Of a stretch of 64,000 bases of DNA, positions 47,201 to 56,321 are shown piece after piece; the first letter of the stretch is position 1; the number at the start of each line of letters is the position of its first letter. The notes beneath the pieces are model-generated. The model saw only the letters and a program-made list of their open reading frames with translations. It was not told the DNA's origin and ran no database searches. The stretch covers positions 96,001 to 160,000 of the forward strand of contig CAWHDZ010000034.1 in assembly GCA_963828255.1 (NCBI GenBank), read 5' to 3'. The DNA is from an uncultured delta proteobacterium. Lineage in GTDB: Bacteria > Myxococcota > Myxococcia > Myxococcales > Anaeromyxobacteraceae. Both the position numbers and the translations under genes were made by a program.

Positions 47201-48506
47201 CGTCCCCGCCGCACGCTTGATGTCTCGCCCTGCCCCGTGGTCCCGGGGGCTCGGATCCTTCGTGCCCCTGGTTCTCCGGCTCCGCTGAACCAGGGCTTGG
47301 GTCGCCTCTCATGTCCTTGGGTGCGGCGTCGGTAGCCTTCTGGGGAGCGATTGTGTTGACCGCGTCGCGCAAGTCTTCGACAACAAGGTGCCCGTACGTG
47401 TCCGCTGTCAGGCGAACGTCGCTGTGCCGCAGGATGCGCTGAACCCTCACAACATCGACACCTGATCTCAGGAGGAGAGTTGCCGTTGTGTGGCGGAGAT
47501 CGTGGAAGCGCATCTTCCGGGGGAGCGGCCTCACCCAGAGCAGCATCTGACACTGAGGGCATCTGCGCCGCTCGCTGTCTGGATGACGCTCGACGTGCTT
47601 CGTTCCCCTGCCCTTGCACCTCCGGCATGAGTGCTCATACCCATCAACAAGCCCAGCCCATCCAAGTGTTCGCCGCAGGACCATCAGAGCGTTGCAGCCC
47701 TCCGAACGCATCCCTCCTGACTCGTTGGGGAAGACCAGATCAGAGGCTGAGGCGTCCATGGCCTCCTTTAGGTACGGGAGCAGCGGTTCGGCGATGGGAA
47801 TCACATCGGCGTGCCCGCCCTTGGTCGTGTCGCTGTCGTAGGATCGGGCCACGGTGATGGACTGATTGCGAAGATCCACGTCGCTCTTCCTCAAGCCAAA
47901 GATCTCGCCCTTACGCAGCCCAGCGTAGATGGCCACGGCGAAGATCCCCCGCCACTCTGGCGTCGCGGCGGCGAGGAGCGGACCGACCTCCTCAGCTTGC
48001 AGCGTGGCATAGGCGCGCTTGGGGACCCGGCGACTTTCCGTGTTGTCGAGGGGGTTAGCCAGAGGCCACAAACCCGCCTTCGCCGCCTTGGCGAAGATGC
48101 CGTGGAGTACCCGGCGAAGACCGTTGACTGTGGCGGGAGCAGCCCCTTCACGCTCCATGGCGATGAAGCGGTCCTCGAAGAGCGCGCCCGTCCGGGCGTT
48201 GAGCGGGGCGTTTCCCACGGGCTGTCTGATGATGTGCTTGCTAAGCCGACTGGTCTCTCTGCTCTTGCTCTTCGCTTGGCACCGGTTGGCAAGCCACCAC
48301 TCACAGAGCGATGCAACGGTTGCACCGCTCTGCACGGGCATGGGCTCCTCGCCAAGGCGCTGGCGACGCGCCTTTGACTCCCATTCGTGGGCAAGGCGTT
48401 CGGCTTCGGGCTTGTTGCGAGCCGTCGATGGCTTGTCGCGCCATGCGCCATTCTCGTCGCGTACGCGCATGTACCATCGGTTGTTCTTCCGGTAGACCGA
48501 GGCCAT
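47184..48506 (-). CDS. int: Tyrosine integrase with Zn-ribbon insertion
   Basis: N-terminal arm-binding beta domain; GLRKGE (R), TKGG (K), FHDLRHT (HxxR), LRHS, TYGH (Y). Confidence 0.93.
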   Translation of the reverse strand: MASVYRKNNRWYMRVRDENGAWRDKPSTARNKPEAERLAHEWESKARRQRLGEEPMPVQSGATVASLCEWWLANRCQAKSKSRETSRLSKHIIRQPVGNAPLNARTGALFEDRFIAMEREGAAPATVNGLRRVLHGIFAKAAKAGLWPLANPLDNTESRRVPKRAYATLQAEEVGPLLAAATPEWRGIFAVAIYAGLRKGEIFGLRKSDVDLRNQSITVARSYDSDTTKGGHADVIPIAEPLLPYLKEAMDASASDLVFPNESGGMRSEGCNALMVLRRTLGWAGLVDGYEHSCRRCKGRGTKHVERHPDSERRRCPQCQMLLWVRPLPRKMRFHDLRHTTATLLLRSGVDVVRVQRILRHSDVRLTADTYGHLVVEDLRDAVNTIAPQKATDAAPKDMRGDPSPGSAEPENQGHEGSEPPGPRGRARHQACGGDDALRS

Positions 48507-48507
48507 G

Positions 48508-48741
48508 TCATGCCACCGCCCTTCCCGCACCCCTCGATACCAACGGTATGGAACCTCGCTGCGAGAGAGCCCACTCCTGCAACTCGGCTGGTACGAAGCG
48601 GAGCTTGCTGCCGATGTACACTCGCGGGAGACGGGCTGCCGCAGCCGCATGGTAGACCCAACTCACGCTCATCCCCGTGTACTGGGCCGCCTGCCGAACA
48701 TCCCACAGCGCCTCTGGACTGCTGTCCTTCGTTCCCTTCAT
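48508..48741 (-). CDS. Excisionase/AlpA-like HTH protein
   Basis: LWDVRQAAQYTGMSVSWVY...LP..IGSKLRF. Confidence 0.85.
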   Translation of the reverse strand: MKGTKDSSPEALWDVRQAAQYTGMSVSWVYHAAAAARLPRVYIGSKLRFVPAELQEWALSQRGSIPLVSRGAGRAVA

Positions 48742-48987
48742 TCGGGAGTTGGCGGTCTGCGTAATAGAAGCCATTCCCGGGTTTGTTCTTCCGTCCATCT
48801 TCAAATCACTCGTTTCCTTGTCCTACATGCACCTCCTCGGGAGAGGTGGATCACCGTGACCAACAAGCTTGGTCTGCATCTAGGTATAGCCATAGGTTTG
48901 TAAGGCTTGCCTTGGGGCGCGTTATCCCAGTCCGGCTTAACTTCCCAAGCGGATGGCCCCTGCCTGAGCCGCTACAAACCAGTCCCG

Positions 48988-49581
48988 CTATTTTTCCCGG
49001 GCCAAAGCGCGAGCGACCGTGGACCTGGGGATTTTGGCGGCCACCGCGATCTCCCGGATGCTGCGACCCTGCTTCCGAAGGCCCCTGAGCCGAACGAGGT
49101 CGGGTTCTGACAGACGTAGAGGTCGCCCCCACCTGCCCCCGGCGGCCTCGATGCGCGTCCTCGCGGCAGCAATCCTGTCGTTGATGGCTGCCCTTTCCAG
49201 GCGCGCAGCAAGAGCGAGGGCGAAGATCAGGGTTTCCGAAACGATGTCGTCAGGGCCGGGGCGGATGGTGAGGTTGTCGGCCACCGCCACCAGGGCACAG
49301 CCAGCCTTCCGAAACTCATCCAGAACCCTGTAGGTATCGGAAACGCCGCTACGGGTCAGCCGGTCGAGCTTGAAGACGTAGATCTTGGAGACAAGGCCGT
49401 CCCGGACCTGGGCGCGGAGCTTGTCGAGAACAGGGCGGGCCAGCTTGCCACCCGACACCTTCTCCGAGTGCCAATCAGCGATCACTTCTCCACGCTCCTT
49501 GGCGGCACGCTTGATGGCGGATTCTTGGAGCCCAAGGTCCTGGCCCTTCGAGCTAACCCGTATGTACGCGACGGTCTTCAA
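48988..49581 (-). CDS. Small serine recombinase (resolvase/invertase) with C-terminal HTH
   Basis: YIRVSS..Q, EKVSG, RP.L, KLDRLTRS, GRWGRP, SIREIA...RSTV. Confidence 0.93.
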   Translation of the reverse strand: MKTVAYIRVSSKGQDLGLQESAIKRAAKERGEVIADWHSEKVSGGKLARPVLDKLRAQVRDGLVSKIYVFKLDRLTRSGVSDTYRVLDEFRKAGCALVAVADNLTIRPGPDDIVSETLIFALALAARLERAAINDRIAAARTRIEAAGGRWGRPLRLSEPDLVRLRGLRKQGRSIREIAVAAKIPRSTVARALAREK

Positions 49582-49595
49582 GGCCGGTCCTGGTG

Positions 49596-49928
49596 TTACG
49601 CGCCCGCCGCGTCCTCGGGGTCCATGAGGAACGGCTCACCAAGGTGGATGCCCAACGTGAGGAGGATGTCTCGCAGGTCGGTGAGCGAGAGGGCGTCGAG
49701 GTCAACGTTGTCGAGAGCCGGTGCTCCGTGCTGGATGCCAACGGCACTGGCGAAGGCGTCGGCCTGCTCACTGGCGTCGGCGTGGGACTCCGCCTGGATG
49801 GGTTGCTTGTGGCAGTAGATCATCACCTCGGGTTCCGCGTAGGCGACTCCGACGACGACGAGGAACGCCATCGGGGTCGCATGGGAGGTAGCCGCTGCTT
49901 CGGCTGCTGCTGTGGGTTCGGTGGTCAT
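49596..49928 (-). CDS. Hypothetical protein
   Basis: 110-aa ORF co-oriented between the TPR-like gene and the resolvase. Confidence 0.45.
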   Translation of the reverse strand: MTTEPTAAAEAAATSHATPMAFLVVVGVAYAEPEVMIYCHKQPIQAESHADASEQADAFASAVGIQHGAPALDNVDLDALSLTDLRDILLTLGIHLGEPFLMDPEDAAGA

Positions 49929-49978
49929 GGGTAGAAGATTGGCGTTGGGCTCGTATGCCTCAGTGGTGGGCGGTTGGA

Positions 49979-50608
49979 CTACGCCTGGGCCGACACCGCC
50001 GTGTCGAAGAAGGGAATCGAGCAGGGCGTGCAGGCTTCCGCCTCGGCATCCGCCCTGACCGCCGTCTCGATGTCACCAACCTCCCGGGCGATGGCCGCCT
50101 TGAGATTCCAGGCCGCCTGATTCGTCGGGGAGAGCGTGAGCACGGCATCGACAACGGCGAGAGCGCGGGTGTGCTTGCCGGTGGCGTTCAGGTGAGCCGC
50201 GAGGGCGAGGTGACATGCCTCGTCGGCCCCGGTGGCCTTGACCAGAAGCTTGTGCAGGACGGGCGTACCTTCATCATCGAGATCTCGATCAGGAGCCGTC
50301 AGGGCAGTGCGAGCCCTGTCCACGATGATGTCCATCGAGCGAGCCACGTTGCCGTCGAGGGGGTCCAGTGCGGCGGCAGCCATGATGTGGCGCAGCGCGG
50401 CCTCGAAGTCGCTGGCGTAGTCTGCGAGGATCGCCCGGTGCCAAAGCAGGTGGGAGCTTTCGACCCCCATGCGCTTGGCGTAGTCCGCGATGTTCTCGGC
50501 AAGGTCGCGGGCCTCTTGGAGCTTGCCCTCGCCGTACAGGGCGGGGCAGCGAGCAAGGTCGGCAAGGACCCTCTTTCGGTTCACTTCGGTGAGTCTGGAC
50601 TTGGACAT
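49979..50608 (-). CDS. TPR-like helical protein
   Basis: GGGAG Shine-Dalgarno; AAALDP and ALAVVDAVLTLSPTNQAAWNLKA TPR-like units. Confidence 0.7.
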   Translation of the reverse strand: MSKSRLTEVNRKRVLADLARCPALYGEGKLQEARDLAENIADYAKRMGVESSHLLWHRAILADYASDFEAALRHIMAAAALDPLDGNVARSMDIIVDRARTALTAPDRDLDDEGTPVLHKLLVKATGADEACHLALAAHLNATGKHTRALAVVDAVLTLSPTNQAAWNLKAAIAREVGDIETAVRADAEAEACTPCSIPFFDTAVSAQA

Positions 50609-50950
50609 GGTTCTCCCTCTGCACGGCCCAAAGGCGGCGCGAGTAGTTAGGTGTGATTGTGGAGCGATTGGGGCGAAATAGGCCCCGAACGTTCACAGGA
50701 TATAGCACATTCGGGGCGGATCGTCAATCCGTGGCGTAACCGTGCTCAATCATGGGGCACTCCTGGGAAACCCTCGATCCTGTACGACGCCCCCCCCCGG
50801 TGATGCCGAGCGCGCCAGACGGCCCCGTCCAACACCCTCTGGAATGGGCCTGGGACGCCTGCATGTGACCTATGGGCCACGCACTGGCCATGGGCTGGCA
50901 GGAAGGGCGGGCCGGAGTTTGGCTCTCGCCCACAACCCACGCTCGGCTTT

Positions 50951-51267
50951 CAAGCCAGTCTCTCTAATCCTCGTGTGTCCCGTGTCTGGCCGGGACTACT
51001 GAAAGAGCAAGACCCTCTACCCCAGGCACCCCCAAACTTGTTTGGGGTGCCGGGGGGTATGAGACACGGAATCACGGTGAACCCCTGGGTCAGTGCCTTC
51101 CTTCCTCCACTTCCCGTGTTCATTCTCCTTCTCCCTAGGGGTCCAGACACGGGACACGGGAACACGGAATGGCTGTCCTTATTGTGGTTCCCCGTGCCTG
51201 GCGGAGCGAACACGGGAGGACACGGCAGACACGGGAATCTCACGGTTCAACTACAAGCCAGTCCCGC
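50951..51267. repeat. Cluster of ACACGG(G) direct and inverted repeats with a central hairpin (putative origin)
   Basis: 15-bp perfect inverted repeat 50975-50989/51143-51157; about 10 ACACGG-like units in both orientations; hairpin 51018-51059. Confidence 0.7.
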
Positions 51268-51459
51268 GTAAACCCGCCAACCACCCACGGTGGGAGCACC
51301 CGCCCGACCATTGGGTGCCTAACGCTATATTCAGAGAGGGAGCAATCAGGACACTCCGGTTCCGGTCCTTGTGCAACCGGCAACCTAATCTTGAGATTGG
51401 GGAAGCCAATCTCGGCTTCCGCTAGCCCAGGATGGCAGCAACCGCTCGAAAGGAGTCCC

Positions 51460-51864
51460 ATGAAGTCAAGACACGCTGGCTTCCGCATCGATACACACGA
51501 CCACCATGTCCTCGGCGTTGGTGAAGCCGCAGAGGGACGCATCGCTGGCGTCGCGTTCTCATGCGGACAGCGGGGCAAGTACAACCTCGTCCACCTCGAC
51601 ACCGAGGCGGGACCGTTCTCTTTCAGAGCAACCCGGGATGTCTGTGTAGCCGCTGATGCCGCACGGGATCTCAACCCCGACGCACAGGTTCGCTTCACGT
51701 TTGTCGGTGAAGAAGAGCAGTCCAATGGAACCCGAAAGCGCGTCTTCACCATGCGCTCCGTTCAGAAGAGCCCCTCATCCCTCGCAGCACCGGGTGGCGA
51801 TGCCACCTCGAAAGGCAACCGTGACCTCCCATGTCCTCCAACCTCGATATCTCCACCGCCGTAG
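51460..51864 (+). CDS. Hypothetical protein, possible OB-fold ssDNA-binding protein
   Basis: AGGAG Shine-Dalgarno; beta-rich pattern ending VRFTFVG...G..KRVF; directly upstream of the primase. Confidence 0.55.
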   Translation: MKSRHAGFRIDTHDHHVLGVGEAAEGRIAGVAFSCGQRGKYNLVHLDTEAGPFSFRATRDVCVAADAARDLNPDAQVRFTFVGEEEQSNGTRKRVFTMRSVQKSPSSLAAPGGDATSKGNRDLPCPPTSISPPP

Positions 51865-54187
51865 CTTTCCCTCTCTCCCACTACAAGTCCCAGGCAAGAG
51901 CGTTTGTCGAAGCCCTCACCGGCTCGCCCGATACGGTGATGTCCTGGGCTGTCTTCGTGGACGACGGTGGCGAACCCGGAGCCAACGCTCCGCAAGGTTC
52001 ATGGCGATTCAACGGCTCACTGGACGAGTGCTGGAACCGGCTCGTAGCGTTCAACCACGCTGGCTTCGGAATCTACGCCGTAGTCAACGAGGGCGGCCAC
52101 ACGGACTGCCGAGATCACATCCCTGCGCGCCATCTTCGCTGACGACGACGACGGGGCACTCCATCCAGAGTCCCTCGCAGTCCCGCCGTCCATAGTCGTG
52201 GATTCCAAGAGAGGAGTGCATACCTACTGGCTCATGCAGCCTGGGCAGGACCTGTCGCTCCTCGTCCCGGCGACGAAGGCCATCGCCGCCAAGCTCGGCA
52301 CGGATCCAAAGGTCGCCACGCTGTCCAGGGTCCTTCGGGTTCCTGGCTTCTACCACTTGAAGAATCGGGCCGACCCCTCCCTGGTCAAGCTCCTCTCGGT
52401 GAACGACCGTCGCTACACAGTTGCCGAGGTCTTGGCCGGTCTTGGCGCAGAAGCGCCGGTACCGGGCCCGACGGACCAGGGCAGACATCAGCGACCTACC
52501 CACCGAGCTTGATGATGACACCCGCACCCAACTTGAAGCCTTGGGCATCGACCAGGACAGGGCCTTCGACCTTGCAAGGAGCTACTTGGAGAACACCCCG
52601 GGGGCCATCGAGGGTGAACGCGGCAACGACCACACTTTCTTCGTGGCGTGCTGGCTCATCGGCCACACCTTCACCCGTGAAGACGCCTGGAATCTCCTCT
52701 GCGAGTGGAACGAAACATGCGACCCACCGTGGAGGACCGACAGAGGCTACGGGTCAGAAAGCCTCCCAAGGCTTTTCGAGAGCGCGTTGGCGAGAAAGAC
52801 ACGGGAAGCTAACGACAAGTCGCCGTTCGCCGTGGCGCGCCTCGAACAGCAACGGGAGAAATTAGCTGAGCGCGAGGCCGACCGGGCCGCCTCCGTCGCC
52901 ATCGATCCCAAGGCCCAGGAGCGGTTCGAGGAGGCCCGGTTGCGAGCAGCGTCCAAGGCCCCAGCCAACGAACCGCTGCACCCTGAATCGAAGGCTGAAA
53001 GCACCAACCCACTTCTCGCACTGATGCGTGGCTTCACGGCAGAGGAGCTTTTCGCTGACCCGCCGCCAATCAGGTGGATTCTCCACCGCTACATCCCTGC
53101 TGAGCCTGGGCGAATGGGGATCTTGACCGGGCGTGGGGGGCTTGGAAAGACGACTCTAGTCCTGTCGTTCCTCCTACACCGTGCCTTGGGCCTCCCCTTC
53201 CTTGGCGTGAAGACTACCCCGGGGAAGTCGGTGTTCGTCACGCTCGAAGAGAACAGGGTCCAGCTACAGCGACGCATGCACGCCTTGGTATTGGCCCTAC
53301 AGGAGGACGGCGCGGAGATCGACACCAAGGCGGTCGAGGAGAACCTTCTCCTTCTGCCGGTGTCGAAAGCGCAGTGGTCCCTCATCGACGCCGGGGCCAA
53401 AGCGTCCCATGGAGCGCCTAGCCAAGAGGCCATCAAGGACTTGGCGGAAGCCATCCGAGAAAAGGCCCAGGGATGTGACTTCGTGGTCTTTGAAACCGTC
53501 GCCCGCATGACCGGCGACGAGTCCAACGAGGGGTACTCCGTCCTCGTTGAAGCCGTGGAGTCCGTCCTTGCCACCGTTGAAGCGTCGGGCCTCGTCATCC
53601 ACCACCCGACAAAGGCGGGAGCGAAGAAGAACGAGGGAGGCATCCTCTCCGGGAGAGGCGGCTCGACTCTTGAGAACGCCGCCCGCTACGCCCTGGTGAT
53701 GGTCGGGAAGGACGACGAGGCAGCCAAGGCGGCGGAAATGCTTCATCGCACACGCCCAGTGGACACCATCCAGCTTGCCAAGGCGTTCGGGGAGTCCATG
53801 CCCCCGCTCTACGCTCAGGGCTTCAAGGTCTACAAGGAGGGCAACCAGGAAGCCGTCGGTCTTGCGTTCCGGCTTGCCGACAAGGCCCAGGCCGACCGAG
53901 CCTCCATCGACAGCGCAAAGGTCGATGCCTTAGTGGATGCCGTCCGAGCCATCGAGGCCGACGGTGGGAGGGCAAACCTTTCGTCGTTGAAGAAGTCCGA
54001 CTACCGCCCAGATCGGGTCACCAAGGACGAGGTTCTAAGCCTCATCGAGAAGGCCCTCGCCGCCGGGAAGATCGTCCAAGTGGGAGTGACCCCTGGTGGC
54101 GGCAACCGTCCCGACGCCCCCTACTACGGCTTGCCCCCAGCGACACAGTGCAGCCCAGGTTCCGACTTGGTGCCGGGGCAGACCTAA
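51831..54187 (+). pseudogene. RepB-type primase + PriCT + AAA_25 (RepA-like) helicase fusion with two +1 frameshifts (~52107, ~52465)
   Basis: GIYAVVN / LRAIFADDD / PPSIVVDSKRGVHTYW / RVLRVPGF (primase); EGERGND...W...CDPPW (PriCT); GRGGLGKT, VIHHPTK, RGGS (helicase), spread over three successive frames. Confidence 0.8.
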
Positions 54188-54197
54188 TCTTCTCTGT

Positions 54198-54607
54198 ATG
54201 GAACCGAAGACCAAGATCTCGGGCGCGGAGAAATCCGACCATCGCCCGGGGATGGACGAAGTCCGGCCTGACGATGAGCAGCTACGCTCGGATGCACGGG
54301 ATCTCGGAGCGCACCCTAAGAAACTGGCGGGCGATCTACGCTCCTGCCAGCCCGGTCAGCGAGGCTCGCAGAACCGTCGAGAAGGCCATCGGCCAGCTAC
54401 AAGCCGTGCTCGATGGCATGCCGCTCGACCCGGAGCCGGAAGGCTGCCTCCCCGGCCCAGCAGCAGGTCCGGGACCAGGAGCGAGGCGGTACCGCCTCGA
54501 TACCGCCTGCCGTAGTCCCTCCGCCAGTCGCAGGCCCGAAGGTTCAGACGGGGGCCGCTCCTCTGCCGCCACCGGAACCGGCCAGGGCCACCTTTAGCTG
54601 GGACTGA
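54198..54607 (+). pseudogene. Small HTH protein (IS66 TnpA-like fold) with Pro-rich tail, apparently frameshifted
   Basis: MEPKTKISGAEKS (frame a), then WTKSGLTMSSYARMHGISERTLRNWR (frame b), then PPPEPARATFSWD (frame c). Confidence 0.45.
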
Positions 54608-54847
54608 GTTGGGGCGGCGGAGCAGAAGAAAGGCTAGCGCGCATTCCTGGGTGAGTGACGCGCAGGGCGGGAGTTTGCCTCCGGTTGATTCGGGAGCCAG
54701 GTGTCCGACCCGGGCAAGCCATCAAGGCGCTCTTGCTATACCTCTAAAGATAGTCAGAGCAACCAACACGCAGCCTCTACCGACCCCGTAATTCGCGGAA
54801 CGTCAATGTGTGCTGGGGGACGACATAGCTTTGCCCGTGGACCACTG

Positions 54848-55384
54848 GGAGGGGCGCGCACTCCCTTGATAACGCGCTCGAAGGACGCCCGAGGAGGGCG
54901 AAGGCGGTTGAACTGTTCGGAATTGAGCAGGCCAACCTACTTCTTGATCGGGGCAGCATATCGGGTCAAGTCGTCAAGAGTTGGGAGTGCCGCGACTGCA
55001 TCTTGCTGGATAGTTGGCGCGCTCAGTGGAAGAGACTTGTCACCAATGGTTGGCAGCCGTCGCCACGTGACTCGCTCCACAACGATTTGTGGGATGCCCT
55101 CGACCGATACGACCTGCCGATGGCGGACGTTGAGATCCTGCTCCAGGAAGCACTCGGAGCGGTCAGGTATTTTGCGGCAAAGAATAGGGCCGCCGCAGGG
55201 AGTATCGGGACGCTACGCCATAACTATCCAGATATTTGAGCGACTGACACGCACAATCTACAGAATTCTTACTTCGTGGTAGGCCAATGTGTGCCGAATG
55301 CAACAGTCTAACTCTGCTTGCCAATAGCCAGGAGGGGCGCGCACTCCCTTGATAACGCGCTCGAAGGACGCCCGAGGAGGGCGA
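54848..55384 (+). repeat. Perfect 54-bp direct repeat (54848-54901 and 55331-55384)
   Basis: GGAGGGGCGCGCACTCCCTTGATAACGCGCTCGAAGGACGCCCGAGGAGGGCGA occurs twice, 483 bp apart. Confidence 0.95.
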
Positions 55385-55391
55385 GCACGCC

Positions 55392-56135
55392 ATGACACTA
55401 CTGGAAACGAAGGAGCACCAAGTCGAGGTGAAGTTTCACGAAGCGCAGATGGAGCCCGTTAGCGATTTCATGGAAGAGGTCGGGGAGCAGTTGAGGTTCC
55501 TGCAAGAGCATCCCGGCGAGGCGGAGGTCGTGCTCGTTGGCATCACCAACAGCCGCCACTACTGCGTTACGTCGGCGGCATTCGTGGACAACGACTCCTC
55601 CCACTTTGGAGGCGGCATTTGGAAGGTCAAAGGCACCATGTTTGACGTGGACACGGGCAGCTCTTCCACCGACAAGGTCTTCACCGGGGCCGTCGATGCC
55701 ACTTCCTTCGCCGTTGTAGTTGAACCCGACAGCGAGCCAACGGAAGTCTGCTTTCAGTCGAGCATTGCCCCGCTTGTAGGGACGACGACGCAATCCAGCG
55801 CGCCTCCGGTTGATCGAAGCGTAGCAGAGGAGTTGGTGCGACAGGGTCTACTGATGCGGCAAGAGGACTGTCGGTTCGTTGATGTGGCGCTAGCTGGTGG
55901 CTCCTACAGTTACCTTGAACCGTTCTGGCTGCAGATCGGAGCGATCGTTCGTGTGGACGGCGACACTCTTGTGACCCCCATTCAATCTCGAGAGGACGAG
56001 GCCGTTGTAAGGGAGAAGCTGGCAGCGGTGTGGGTAACTGCGGGAGCTCCACTGGGTTGGGCGCGGAAGGAGGCTGGTGCGGCGCTGGCGCATCTCCTCG
56101 GCAACGAAGAGGACACGGCGGCCGACCTCGTTTGA
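55392..56135 (+). CDS. Hypothetical acidic protein (247 aa)
   Basis: Uninterrupted ORF; Shine-Dalgarno GAGGAGG supplied by the second repeat copy. Confidence 0.7.
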   Translation: MTLLETKEHQVEVKFHEAQMEPVSDFMEEVGEQLRFLQEHPGEAEVVLVGITNSRHYCVTSAAFVDNDSSHFGGGIWKVKGTMFDVDTGSSSTDKVFTGAVDATSFAVVVEPDSEPTEVCFQSSIAPLVGTTTQSSAPPVDRSVAEELVRQGLLMRQEDCRFVDVALAGGSYSYLEPFWLQIGAIVRVDGDTLVTPIQSREDEAVVREKLAAVWVTAGAPLGWARKEAGAALAHLLGNEEDTAADLV

Positions 56136-56321
56136 GCAGCAGTGGCGGTTCCACTGGAACCACCGGAACCGGCCGGGATCGCTCTCTACTAGAACGATTC
56201 AAAGGGGTCGGGAACAAGAGCAAGAAGCCTACGGACTGCGCACGCCAGGGACGGCCAAAGGCTGCACTTCTTGCCTGCGGCTGGTTTCCTGATCGGGTAG
56301 CCTTCGCGCAGCGGAGAGCCC

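Noticed and set aside
50810..50819. GCGCGCCAGA match to the tRNA-Arg 3' end as attR
   Set aside because: Only 10 bp in GC-rich DNA, with no T-arm match; island-like sequence continues beyond it
50951..51267. CRISPR array
   Set aside because: The repeats are 6-8 bp, irregularly spaced and in both orientations; no cas genes are present
54866..54913. Integron attC site (TAAC...GTTGAAC around the first 54-bp repeat)
   Set aside because: Shorter than typical attC sites, the second copy lacks the GTT box, and no IntI-type integrase is seen
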